DNA of 64,000 nucleotides from Bugula neritina (lineage: Eukaryota; Animalia; Bryozoa), in the NCBI GenBank assembly GCA_964035545.1, contig OZ037770.1, positions 1,426,001-1,490,000 on the forward strand, read 5' to 3'. Shown in pieces: positions 38,801 to 53,800 of this stretch (position 1 is the stretch's first letter; the number at the start of each line of letters is the position of its first letter). The notes under the pieces were generated by a model. The model searched no databases, had not been told where the DNA came from, and was given only the letters and a program-made list of their open reading frames with translations. Both the position numbers and the translations under genes were made by a program.

Positions 38801-41800
38801 ATAAACAATGATTTAGTCATTTAACGGATAACTAATGATTTCACTTTGTTTTTCATTCAATAAAAACTAAGTGTAGTTGGTATTAAAAACAGCTTTCATT
38901 TCTCACTTTTTTCTCACCCTAATCTGCGTAGGCAAACAATTGGTTTGTTTCAAACACCACAACAGTAAAGCGTGACAGCATAGCCAGTGGAGAAAACAAT
39001 CATCTATACTGCTGGATCAGTGGCAACTTGTGAGTGTGTCAGAGTAGTGTCTTGTTGTGTGACTCTACAAATAAATTATGAATTTGAATATACTACAAAG
39101 TTGCAAACATTGTTTTAACAAAACACAGCATTTATTTGATATTATATGTAAAACTCAAGTTGGTATAATATATATTAAATAAATTTTAGCTTTCCTTTTG
39201 GATACTCTGAAACAAAATAAAAAAATAAACCAAAATTGGGTAAAGCCATGCAAACTAGAGAGAGAAAGAGAGAGGGAGAGGGGGGGGGGGGGTTGGGAGA
39301 GAAAGGTTAGGAGAGAGGATGGAAGAGAGATGGGGTAGAAGAGAGAAAGGGAGAGAGTCAGAGAGATAGTGGAAAAGGGAAGAGAGAAAGGTTAGGAGAG
39401 AGAAAAGGTGGGAGAGACGGAGAGTGGGAGAGAGACAAGGTGGGAGAGAGGGAGGGTGGGAGAGAGGGGGAGAAAGAGAGAGAGGTTGAGTGGAAGGTGT
39501 GGGAGAAAGAGACAGAGAGAGGAGTGAGAGAGCTTCCAAACTAACACCATTGACTTAAAAAATGTTGATAAAAACTGCAGCAAGTCTTTAAAAACGATGC
39601 TAGCAAGTTCAAAGCTCACTATAACTTTCAAAATCAATAAAATGTCAAGTTCAAAAAACTCATCTGCAAAAAATAGTTACAGAGACAACCAGGTATTGGG
39701 CAAGAGCCAGCTAATAGGAGTACCTTTTTAGATAAACTGCATGCAGGCACAGTGAGATAGCATCGGTGAGTTGTGTCTTCATTTTAATTTCCTAAAAATG
39801 AACATAAACAAATGCTAGTAATGAAAGTTTTCAGGGTTATTAAGGGTGCAATTTTATCACTAAACATCATAGCAATAGCAAAAATTGCTCAGTACAAATT
39901 TAAGAAAAATTTCTTTCATCCATTACATAATACCCAAAATCAAATCCATTTATTCAATTCATCAAGCTGAAAAACCAAGAATAATCAGAAAGACAGTAAA
40001 ATCACTTTCTAGTAAAAAACAGCTTTAGATCATAATTGTTGGGTTCAGCTCTTAAGCTAAGACACCGATGCACTGAAATACGAAAAAGATCAGCATACTT
40101 TTGACTGTCACAAAATTTATTTTACGTGCAACAGACATTTTAAGGTCACCCGCCACCCGCGCAGGACCACGTTGGTGAAAGGTGACCAGATATTTTAAGG
40201 TCAATCAAAATCAAGCAAAGTTCATCGTCATATTGCTTACTGCTTAATGCTGCAGCTTATTTTTGCTTACCAAGTTTCTTTCTGCAGAATAATTGTAGCT
40301 AGCTTCTCGATTTGCCATCTTTATTCCAGTCCAGGTTCAAATGACATCTTGATCGTTGCAAATATCCATGCAAGCTAAAAAATATTTATCAATCAGTACA
40401 ACAACAGAAATACTTACAATGATCCAAATATTACTATTACATTACTATAACATTACACAGTAACACTATGTTTATAATTGTAATACGGAAGCATGACTTT
40501 GTGGTAGTTTGATATGCTATAGCAAAAGGTAGAAAAATCAACTGAAAAACCGACAGAAATAATCAAGTACAATTAACTAAAGTAAATAAACTTACTGAAT
40601 AGTAAATATTTTACTATACTTAGTGAATTGATTTACTTCCACTAGGTTTACTTTCATGATTAAATGCTTCTGTCTATTTTCCAGTTTATAGGAATATATT
40701 AAAAGTGAAACCAATTATAATTACTATTACCTTATCTAGTTTTGACTATATATTTTTCACAAATATAAACATAGTTATATGCGTATTCCTATTGTGACTG
40801 CAGATACCATTGCGGTAACTGAAATCAAACTTCATTCTACTTCAAGTTTCAAACATTGTCCCAGTTCAAAGACTAACAAGTAAATAATTAATAACTGTGA
40901 AAGCTCCAATAAGTTACTTCATTATTAAATAAGATACAACTGATTCTACTGTATATGATACTATGGTATCTGTATTAAATTAAAACATAATTATGAAAAT
41001 CAAAAGTTGTATTTTGAGCACTTATATTATAGTAATTAAATTAACAGCTTAAAATAGGCACATTAAACCATGATTGGAATTTTTATCCATTTATCTTTAT
41101 AATTATATTTATTCTTTATTCTGAAAGTTGACCCAACACTGGTAACAAAACTAAAAGTAATTGATTAAGTATGATTTATTCTTACACACTTTACCATTAT
41201 ATTTAGTCTTCCTGACTTTCAGTCTGTCATAGTGATTACTACTATATGAAAATGACTTTGACTTAGGAGTCATAATTATAGTCACAGTGTTGATAAGTCA
41301 ACAGTGTAGGATTAACACAGCACTAGACTAGTACTACCTCCAGCTTTCAAGTTTATGTTAGGGTATCTCTAAGACTAAAGAGTAACCCTAATAATGTAAG
41401 CAAAGAGCAGTGAGTAATAAGCATGCTATTCAACTTCAAGTTTCACTAGTACTATAACCAATACCACATGTATTTTAATAAAATTATGTAGCTGGTGAGT
41501 GAACTATAAAATTAAATAGGGATCAAACTTTGAGCAATATTAATAGAAATAATATTAGGACAGAGGTTTCCAATTATTAGTATGTGAAACCAAAGGGGAA
41601 TGGATAACTACTATTAGTATTATTACATTTACTTTATATTTAGCTTTACCAGTTCGTATTATGATTATCTTACTTTGAATTGTAAAGTATAATAATTATA
41701 ATATTCATAGTAGTATATTTATATTAGTAATTATTATGTATATTAGTAAAAACATTTGTTTTAAGTTGCTTGTTTATTAAATTATTCTAAATCCTAATAA

Positions 41801-44800
41801 CGATAATCCTAATATTAGTGATAATCATTACGCTCATCACTGTCCCCAAGTGCTATCAGTATGACCATCGCAATGTGAACCTAGACGTGAATGTAAAAAG
41901 GCACTGCAAAACAGAACATGGGATGGAGGCAGATATCCATACCACAATACAAATATCGATATTGAATTTGATAATCATAATTATTATACAAATATAATGA
42001 TAATAACTACAATGATCAAAAATAAATAATACCAAAGAGTTTTCGAATTACTATTCATAAAATCAAATATCACATTTATAAAGATATAATCATATCTATT
42101 ATTAAATTTAAGTCAATTATACTAATAGCAATAGTAATATAAATAGAAAAAAGAATCATTGACCAGGAGTAGGTGCAAAATAAAAGTCAATTTTAAGACA
42201 AAGAGTAAGAAAAATACTAAATCGATATTTAAAATTACTTATTTTTAATCTTAGTCACTTACAGTCAGTCTTAGTTTAATTTTTACTACTAAGTCTTTAA
42301 TTTCAAGTTCATTTTGACAATAAACTTGAAGACTTTAACTAAGAATATGTATAATTCAAAATTCCAAACTGGTACAAGTAAAAGTTGCTACTGAAGCTTT
42401 GTAATATTATTTTAAATTATTGGTATGATAGCATTATATTTTGATTCATAGCAATACTGATAGTGACAATTTCAAACATACCCATACCATTACTGTTACA
42501 GTTTAAGTTACTATTGCCATTGTGATTGCCGGTAATGAGTAAATATAACTTAAATTTATATGACTATTACTATTACTATTAGTATTACTATCACTTTCAG
42601 TACCGGTCTAGTATCAGTATCACCTTAATTCAAAATCAATGTATAATTTACCAAATTACTTTTATATTATCATTTATCAATAATATGTCTATCACTATGA
42701 TATTATCATGATATTGATTTTTAATTTAAACATAATAAAATCATAGGTATAATCATAATGATAATGATAATCATAATGCTTAATTTTACTTTTAGTTCAG
42801 GTTCAATGATTTAAGAGTAAGTGAAAGTTACTATAACTATTGCCATTGTGATTGCTAGAAATAAGTAAATATAATTTAAATTTATATGACTATTACTATT
42901 ACCAACACTCAGACTTACTCGGACTCACTCTGTCTCTAACTCTAAGTCTGAGTCTCACTCCACCAGAGTGAGAGTGACACTGAATTACTATAACTATTAC
43001 TATAACTATTAGTATTAGTATTAGTATTAGCAAAATATATCAACCGTATGATTATCTTATTAGTTATTACAATATGTTCGGCATTGATGTTGAACTAAAA
43101 ATATTAATAGTTATTACAATCACAATGACAATGCCAATATGATCAAAGACAAATGATTCCAAGAAGTATCAGTTTGAGTTTGAGTTGAAGGTAAGTTATA
43201 AGTTGAAGTAGTATGTAAGTGGTAGTTGATACTGATACTATCAGTGATAGGTCTATACTCCATACCAATGAACTCAATAATATTACTTATATATTACCAT
43301 AAATTATATTACTATTACTATTAGTATTACCTATAATTAAAATATATTGTTTCTTTTCCGGCTCAGTGCTTTATACCCTCTACTTAGTCTAATGCCGCGC
43401 GCATGACGAGAATGTGAGGTGAAGGTCACTCACAGCTAAAATCGCCAAGTATCTGTAATCCATCACTAGTAGTAGTAGTTCTAGTAGTCGTACTACAAGT
43501 AATCTGGCTTCGCTATGACACTACGAATTGAATGTTGACAAGACGCATGCATGTTTGCTGTTGGTAAACTAATTTTTACTGAATTTTAATCATGCTAAGC
43601 TGCAACCTATTTTCTAATGAAATAATATATTCAATAATAATATAATAAATATAATAATTATCATTATAATATTTTATCATTTAATTTTATAACTTTTACT
43701 TTTAGTTTTAGTATTTTGGTTTTACATCAAAATTTACATCATTATGATTATCATTATGATTACAAAATGAAAATAATTATCATTAATCATTACCTTTTAA
43801 TTTATGATTATAATTAATGTTAGAATTACCACAATTACAATCATAATGATAATCATAATGGCATAATGCCAATGATAATCACAATCGTAACACTAATAAT
43901 AATAGTAATAGTCAAACTCAAGGATTGAGCCAATGATTCAGATTGTCTAAATTTAATTAAATAAATTTCAGCCTTGGGTTTAACTTTACAGTTCACAATT
44001 TTATTTTACATTACGACTGAGAGTCACAGTAAGACTAAGAAAAAGAGTAAGTCATACCTTTCTTGCAGTTATTTTCAAAGTTTGTAGTTGTACTGGTACA
44101 GTAGTAGACCTAGTAGTAGTACTAGTAGTAGTAGTAGTAACAGTACTATTAGTAGTAGTAGTAGTAGTACTAGTACTAGTAGCAGTACTAGTACTAGTTG
44201 CAGTACTAGTATCAGTGGTAGTAGTAATAGGACTGCGATCTTAGATGTAAGTCTAATGAAATACGAATAATAATAGTATAAGTATAACTTTTACATATTT
44301 AGTTTTACTATAAGTGTAAATATAATGAGTAATAGTAAAACTCAAAGTATATACATTAACTCAGTTTAGCATTAATGATAAAATATAATAATTATAATAA
44401 AGTAATATGATCACCATTACGATTATAATTAAAATTCTTAGTAACACTTTTATGATACTCAGTTTAATTTATTAATATTAAACATTAGTTTGGCTACCAC
44501 AAATAACTAATAAGTGCTACTATAGGTAACTGTAAAGATAAGTATAAATTTAACTATAACATAGACTATCAGCAATAATAATATATCATATTGATATTAA
44601 ACTATATATGGATAATGCAAATCATAGATCATACCTCATGATAATTATTCCTAATGATCTTACTTTTTATACGCTGATGCTAATAAGTAGTAATTTTAAA
44701 TTTGATAACTCATGAATGATGAATAAGATAACAAGAATAATACTGGACCTAGTAATACTATTAGTCCTACTACTAGAATTTTATTATCTTATATTTGTAA

Positions 44801-47800
44801 TACGCTTCTTTTAGTAATACTGCTGGTCAAAGTTAGTGTTAATCATATTTATAGTTAAATGTTGAAGGAATAAATTAGTTCATAACATAAACATTTCACT
44901 ATGTGAATATGAAATTTAATATGAATATCCCAATTACACTTGCTGTTGCTCTTTAGAGACTAGAGTTATAACTTATAACTATGATATAATAATGAATACC
45001 ATTATTTTAACTAATCATATTACTCAGCTAATGTTAATGATAACTGTAAGTCTAAAAGCCATTACGGTTATAGGTATCACTGACTAATATTATTAATAAT
45101 ATAATCATTCGTTTTATACTTGTACCTATATTTATATTTATACTTATACCTATTTTTATACTTATGATCATATCTATACTTTCACGTATGCTTGTACATT
45201 TTACTCATAGTATCAGGGTGGCAATCGAAAAGTCATAATCGATATGCTAATCTAATAATAGAACCAACTGCACTATTATTATTATTATTGTTGATTGACC
45301 GTAGTTTTTTAGCTGGTGTAACCTTTTACTATTGGCCTAGTTATACTAGGCTGAAATGGCTAGAACTTTCCTCAGGATGTGAGCTTATCCTGATCCTAGT
45401 AAGGGTGTCTGCTGAATTAATGAGCATTTGTTTTCAGCTACTCCAAGTAGTGTCAGCCAGTCTACAATCTTGTATAAAGCTCCAAAGGCTCCAGTTACAA
45501 CGGGATGACTTTTTTGATGTTTTCCAAAGGCGGGTTTATTCCAGTGCTAAATTCTGATATTTTCCTAACTTTTCGAATTTTTTTCTTTTACTCTGTAGTT
45601 AACAGGGACTGTGATATCAATTATCGTTGTTTCAGCATTATGCTTGTCAACTACTAATATATCGGGTCTCCTAACTTTGATGACTACGTCAGTGTGTATG
45701 TTAAAATCTTACAAGGTTTTCACATTATCGTTTTCCAGTACTTATTCTGCTTGATGGCCGTACCAATTCTTACTTTTCTGAAACCCACGAAGTTCACACA
45801 ACTACTATTGAAATTATCAATGCCAAAAGGTTGTGTTTTTTCTTATATTCTCCTTCTGCTACCTTCTCAAACTCACTCAATACGTGCATCGAAGTTTTGT
45901 CTCTTGCGTTACACATTCCACACTTCTTGCTACCCTGTTCTCTCATCATAGCCACTTTATAATTTCTAGTAGTGAATAGTTGATTTTGCGCAGCTGTCAG
46001 CAGTCCTTCTGTTTCCTTTTTCAGCCAACCATACTTCAACCAGTTCCAGGAAAATGCTTCCATGTCTTCCACCATTTTGATGTATTGACCACGTGAAGCT
46101 TTTCTTTACACTCATCAGTTCTTTCTATCACTTTATCATTATTTAGTTCTACCGCTGTTCTGTCTTTTAGGAAGGTATTCAGTGTGGTGTTTCTATCAGT
46201 CTATGTTATATTTATGTAGTCTGACATGCTGCAGTTTTCAATCTTTATGCATTTTTCAGTTGACAACATTCTTCTACCGCCTTCCCTTCTGCTAAAATAC
46301 AGCCTGCCTACATCTGCTCTCGGATAGGGTGCACGGTTTGTTGTCATTAGCTTCCTTGTCTTTCAGTCTATATTTTTTAGCTCATGAAACAGTTCAGTCA
46401 AGTATTCTATCTGTGTAATGCACTGCTGTTACTGCCCATGTGTTTATTGCTTTGATTGTGTTCTCACCATTCAGTTTTGAATCTAGAACTTTTCTTATTT
46501 GTTTGTAGTACTCCTTGATCTTATTTTTCATTTCATATATTTGTATTCCATCAATCTCAAGAACTCCTAGATATTTATACGGCTTCTCACCCAGATCTTT
46601 GATTACCTGTTCATCAGGCAAACCGATTCCTGTGTCCTTAATTTTCTTTCCCTTTCTCATAACCAGTGTGGCACATTTTTTAATCCAAATTTCATTTCTA
46701 TATTCCTTGTGAAGATCCCGGCAGTGTTTACCAAAGCTTCCAGTTCCCACTTTGATTTCCTATTTACCTTCAGGTCATCCACATATAGGAGATGGTTTGT
46801 TTTCTGTCTCGTCGAAATTTGCATCATTGAGCCGCTTCTGTCATGCGAATCGGTAGTTGGAGAAAAGGGATAGAGATAAAGAGTCTCCTTGGAAAATTCT
46901 TAGTTTGATCTTTATTTCTCCTATCTTTTCTTCCAGGTATTTCAGTTGTGTTTTCCAGGTTTCATGCTTTTTCTTATCAACCTTATGACATTAATTGCTA
47001 TTCCAGTTGTTTGCATCGTTTCTAAGATTTAATTTCCTTGTCTTTACATATGCTCCAATTTGTTGCTAACTTTATTTAGTCATTCTGCATTGGTATTATT
47101 TTTAGTTGGCTGACCCCATATATTTTATCAGAATGCTTTTGATTTCCTTGTCAGGTGCCTCTTTAGATGTACGTATTCATTTCCTCGTAATTCTTGATAA
47201 AAACGCTTATCATTGTAAACATTGTGTTCTGATTATATTGATCAACTCATTCTGTATATCTGTTTATCTTCTGGCTTACAGCTCTCAGGTTTTGCTTCAG
47301 TTTTTCAATCACTACACCACACTCTTTGTTCTTTATCCTATATTTTTCTTCAACCATTCTTCTCAATGAATCATTGTAAGCTCTATACTTTTTCACTCTG
47401 CTTTTTTACTTAAGTCTGATCTAATTTCTTTTTATTTCTTCTGCAGTCGTATTTTCCATACTTGTACATTGTCAGTTTTTCTTTTTCCTTTTTGTTACAC
47501 ACTTGTTCTGTTACTATTTTTCGCACAAGCCATGGTGGTGTTATTAAGCTCAATGGTATTAATAATCTCAACACAGTTTAGCACATCATTAATCTGTTTT
47601 ACTGCCTGTAGTAATTTGACCCTCTCAATGTGCCTAAGGGCTCTTAGTGTTGGTCGATCATTAGATAGTTTGTTATGCTCATTTATAATTTTTCTACTAA
47701 CACTTTTTCTACCTCTGAACTAGGTACTCTTAAAATTCTCATGGCTGATTTATATGCTATCTCATGTTGTACTATAACATCCTCTATTTGCAAATTTAGC

Positions 47801-50800
47801 TCTTCATTATCTTCTTCACCAATTGATGTGCCTAGTTCTTGCAAGGTTCCTTCTTCAATCTTATGGAGTTCTTCTTCCATAAAATGCTTGTGTTTCTTCA
47901 TAGTTCTTGCTTAATCCGCTAGTCTCTATTCGCTGATGTTAAACTCTCCTCTGTTTTCCAGCGTTTGCACATTCTTTTTAAATAATTCTTTGATCCGGGT
48001 CTACAGAGCTCATACATTGTTTTTCTATAACCTCTCAATTTGGGTGTACTTTTGAAGCAGCATTTCATGACAACTTTGTTGTCTTCTCTTGAGTATCTTC
48101 TTCTAGTTGTGCCATTAACGGGTTGACGGCCGTAGGTTGCCTGGCCCTCCACATACCCACTGCCAGACGAGACATGCCATGTTTAGTTAGACATACCATT
48201 AACGTCGTTGGCTTTATTAGTTCTATTTTAATGGATCATATTATTATTTTTAATTATTATCACTATCAGTAGCAAATAAATAATTTTATATTTGTTATTA
48301 GTTACTACTTATAGAAATTGAGTGCCACAGCTTGAGGGTTATAAAGTCAGTCTTAGTCAATGTAATGGGGATGCTGATACTGACATTTGGCTTTGAGCTC
48401 ATAGTTAAATTGCTAACAACTATACCTAAGGATAACAGGAGTATTAAAATGTTAATTAATAAGGATTATAACCTTAGAGTGGAGATATTATTCTCATTTT
48501 ATTTAGTTTTTACTTTACTAACTTTTATTTTGTTCATCAACCTTACTGTCTATTTAAATAGCAAACTAAAGAATAATTATGAAGGCCTTTGAATTGAAGT
48601 ACTTTTCTGTAGCTGATTAGATTTCAAGTATTAAAATAACATACTAAGACAGAATACCATTATATGAGCTAGATTAATAAAGTAAAGAAGATTTCTTTGT
48701 TAATCAAAATATAGGTGTCACATATGCCTATTTTTAAGATTATGTTCTTATATGTGCTGTCTTTTTAATATTTTTAAAGTGCTACATTTTGAGGGTAGCC
48801 TACATCAATATGACTGCCCTGTAATTGCTTGTCAACTATAAGAGTTAGACCTATAAACTGTCTCATTTTCAAATTATCTTTACTTTTCTAATTGATGTTA
48901 ACATGACTATTCCTATTAGTATTTTGGTGTTTACCATTAGTAATGTTTGAAGTAACATCAATATCATTGTTAATTTGTCTAATTATTCAACTTTTAATAT
49001 TCATCATTTGTGAACAGTAATAAAATGTTGTCTTTCTTAAATTAATGTGATGCTAGATTAGCTACTCTAGCAAGTGTGTATTGTGCAATGAGTACTAATG
49101 CCATATTTTTGCACTTCTTGTTCTATATAATTTAGATTTAAGGTAACAATTCCTAAAGCTATCACATAATGCTGCTATCAGTTATAAAGATGTCACTGAT
49201 CCAAACATTGAAAACTAGCTGAGTGCATGCAAGGTTGAAAACTTATTTTCTCTGGTTAGGTAAGTAGAAAGGTATTTGCTGTAATTTACAACTATTTTGT
49301 TTTCAACATCCTTGATGTTCATCTCTAAAAGATAAGTAGCACATAATGGTACCTGTTTTACTTAGCAGAAGAAATTATTGTCAAAGCTCTATTACTACAT
49401 TTTAAATTGTATGACACTCTTTTGACTACATTTGATTTCATATCTCAAATAATTATATTTCTGACTCATGAAACTGTAACCACACACTTGAGAACAAAAT
49501 AAATAATGATATGGAAGCTTTCTTTAACTTTGTCAATTTAGTCAACAGCCAATGACTGAAAACATGTTTTGTACACTATTGATTGCCTCTCTATTTCCGC
49601 TATAAGGCAGAAACTTTAATCTCAAAATTTAAGACACTGGCAATTCTTCCCAATAATACGTTGTTCAAAACAAATATTTTTTGCCAAGTAATATAGTATT
49701 TAATTATATTTTTTAGTCAAAGAAATTTGTTTGGTTTCTTGTGTCATCTTGAATAGGTTGTTATTCATTATCTTTTTCTTCGTGTTATGGCTATGAGTGT
49801 ATATAACCTTTGCTGACAGGTTTTTCCCCCATCACTATATGTTTCTCTGTTTACTCTCTAACAGTTTTATTTCCGTTCATTTTTTAGAGTTTACTAAAAT
49901 GACATGGGTGTGATTAGTTGTGGCTCCTAATTGAGCGCATCCGTTGAGATTATTGGAAGTTTTGTTGAAACTGAGCTGAGGCCTCTTACTCCTAATGGCA
50001 AGAATTTGAGTCATCTTAGCTACTTGTAGCATATCAACATCGAACAGCACCATTCCACTACTCTAAGCTTAAGGTTTTGGCTGCATTAGATCAACAGGTA
50101 AGTTTAATAGTTTGTATTTCGTACACTATTTCATGATGTCTGTTCAGCATTTACTTGGTAGCACACATTTATAGATTTTGCATTCTTTTACTTTTTTGCA
50201 GTACAACTTCTCTACGCAACTATTACACTGTTGTTGCTGTTAATTGTAGTTTATTCTGCTTGACCATGCAATTATTGAATTATGTTGCAAAGGTGATTGA
50301 GTCCTTTTATTTAATTTAGTACACACTGGAAATCTGCAGTTTTTAGCCATTTTTACATTTTAGCTGCTAATGAACAATGCTTTTTGCTTAAAATTAGTGA
50401 GACATCAAGAAATACACCTAAATAATCAAGGTTCTTCTTAATTTTGCATGATTTCTCATGTTTTTTCCTATTTATTCATTTCATTTGGATTGCCTACTGT
50501 TACAAACTAACCGTGGCGATCCCCAGTCAGAAGTTGCTGTAATTAGAAAAAAGCATAGGAAATCAAAGAAAATTAAAAAGAGCCTTGATTATTTAGGTGT
50601 ATTTATTGATATTTTTTTAGTTTCGGGCCAAAACTCATGTTCATTAGCAAAAACTTGAGATCTTCAGTATGTACTAACTTAAATAAAATGAACCAATTGC
50701 AGTAAATTTCTGCATTTTCTAATACTTCTTAAATTTATACCTAAAATAGTGCTGTCTTAAGAAAATGACACTAGCTGCTGTTTTCATGTATGTGCCCCAA

Positions 50801-53800
50801 TTGTATATAATGCTGTTGATTTGTTTAGTGCTTTTTCTATTTGTTTGTTATATAACTTTTCTTTTATGGTTGTTGCCAGCACCTAAAGCATTATTCATTA
50901 GTGTCAATTAATTTCTACTCACAGTTTTACTGTTACATAGTTTATAAAGCCCTTGTGTCAACTTTTCTAAATATCCTGGTTAAAATTGTTCTACTTGATG
51001 AATGGCATATGCAATAGCAAAACAGTTGCAGGCTGTTTTGGAAAAAAAATTGTGCATATAACCTTTATTTTATACATGTTATTTAGGCTTTGGTAGAACT
51101 GTTGGAGAGCCTTCCTCTTGAATAAAGCTACTCAACTTCCCGGATTCTACTTTATTGACATTAACCCACTACCTACAAAACGCCTTGAAATTTAGCTAAT
51201 AAATTATGTATTTTGTGATTTTTTTTAAATGTACAATGTTATGTATAAATTACAATCAGTTTATATATATATATATACATATCTTTTACTACTTAGTATT
51301 ACAGTGTAAAAAGCATTTCAGGGTTAACAATTTAATTAATTGGCCCTAACAGTAATTATGTATAATACAGATTTGCAGATGCTTTAAATGAACCCAAAAA
51401 GCTGATGTTGTTAAACAGTGTACAAAATAGTCACCTCATATCAGCCAGACATGCTTAGTCATTACCTAGCATTAAAATCATATTATGAATGCAGTCAAGT
51501 TTTGATATGCATCCCTATTATTGATAGTTTGTGAACCAGCAATTAAATATCAAGAAGCAATATTACTAACCAATGTGCTGGTTAAAGAGTTTCAAGTTGT
51601 AGTTATAGTATCAAACTATTATAATGGCATAAAAACTCTCAGTTAAAACATCTTATTAATATTTACTACAGGAATACATATTATAGGTGTGCTAAAAATC
51701 TGGTAGAAGCATCAATTATTTTAGATGTTTTGGATTTAGTATCTCTGTACTATAATGTAATATACAGAACATCAGGTGCTGTCTCCACAGTGCATTGATG
51801 GCACTAATGAATATTAATACATGCAGGCAGTGTTGGTAATGATTTATTGAAAAGCCTGAGATTAGTCCAAGGAGAGGGGTATTTCAAGCTAGCAGATGAG
51901 CAATATAGATGCGAAAGTCTTGCCTAAAAATCATTATTGTTATATCTAGTCATTAATTTCTTGCAATAGATCTATTTCACTATTGAGAAGAACAAAATTA
52001 GCTAGTAAACACTGTAATAGAGTCAAGGCACTTTGGCAGTGCTAGTTTAAAATAAACCTGGGATAGTCGAATAGCAGAAGTACTTTTTGATGCATAATAT
52101 AATTATGTACAGCTTAAGATTTTGCAATACTGTGTTTTCAGTGCGATATTAATTTCAATAGCTACATTAAAATAATGTACAATTCTAGCAAGTGATGCAA
52201 AATCTTCTAAGATGCTATGACTGTAGCAGTTTGCTACTAGTCTCAAGTAACAAACCAAATAGCCTTTCTTTGTGCCATCATCCAAATGCCAAACAAATAA
52301 CTCATTCACTCTGTAACAACAAGGTGGTCTCCCAAGTAGATTGTTAGACATTTCAGGCATTAATAACCAAAAGCTTTTCACTTTGGCATAATTGTATAGT
52401 TACCCAGCTAAATAAATAATGTATTCATGGTATTGTAATTCCAAGCCATGCATTTATCTGTGAATGCAGCTAAGTATTTAATACGGCCATATATTTATGT
52501 ACTATGTAGCAATGCCTAATGTAGCTGTCAAGCTTCTACTTATACTCATTTTACTGATGCTTTACTTCTGATTACATGATTACAAACATAGCAGTTCAAA
52601 CAAAATTATTTTAGATAGGAATAAATATAATGCTCCTAGCAAATTTTGTAAAACTATTTTCCAAAAACATATACTTTGCAAACAAACTTTTCAGAAAGTT
52701 ATAATGCATTTATCATATTATTGTTTCATTTAAAAGTTATAATGATAGAATATTATACTTAAAACACACTCAAATTTTTAGATTCTTGTAATATTGTTAA
52801 ACAAGAGTTAACAGTAAGATTGGCTGTAGAGTAGAATGTTTAGCTGTTTGTACTGAAGCTAACAAGTAACTGGCATTAAAAAGAGATGTAGATAAAAAGT
52901 GACAGAATAACAATTGGCTTGTATATTGGTAGTGCAAAAAGCTGTATATAACAGTTTAAACAAATACCCATTAGAATAAATGGTAACCCAGTACTTAAAA
53001 TGTGGTATGTCATAATACATATTTGTGGTGTATTGACTAGGCTAGATCAACACGTAGCACTATATAATTGCTTTAGTATTTACAATTAGTTTGTGGTCTG
53101 GTGGGATTTGTTGATAGCCATTGTCTTTATTAACATAACAGTTTCATAAAATTAGCAGTTTTCCTTATTCACCTAGTTAATTTTTAAGATTTATGTACAA
53201 TATTTACATATTAGGATATAAAAAATATCTTCAACCAGTGAATATCAAAATAATGATTAAAGACATATTTTACGTCATATTTTTGCAGCAATCTAAATAA
53301 TAAGCTGGTCTAAATTGTACTTGTGCAAACAGAACCAGCTCATGAATATATGTTGTCTTTTTTTAACTTGACAGTTAATCTAATATGGATGTGTATTTTA
53401 TACTTGCTTTAATGTGTTTAAGGTGATAAAATTGCACTGGTAAGGTAAATAAACATTGCTTGTTTGGCATGCTTTTGCGTGGCATTGCATATTATGCTAA
53501 ACTAATGGCCAGTTTTGCAGTAGCTTCACCATAACCTTCAAAAGAATGCAAATATCATCTAATTATTGTAAGCTTTTTAAGTTAACTTGTCTAGCTATAA
53601 ACACATGTAAAACTATTAGGCTATTCCAATTTCACGATATACATAGCTCTATAATTCTGAAAAACTGCTAGGTAAAGTGGAAATTTAACATGATCTATTT
53701 ATTGCTAAAGTATTACAGCTATGAATAATATATATGTGATTACCTGAGTGATATCACAATCTTCACTTGCTAAGTTAGTTTAAATACAGGGAAAAAAATT

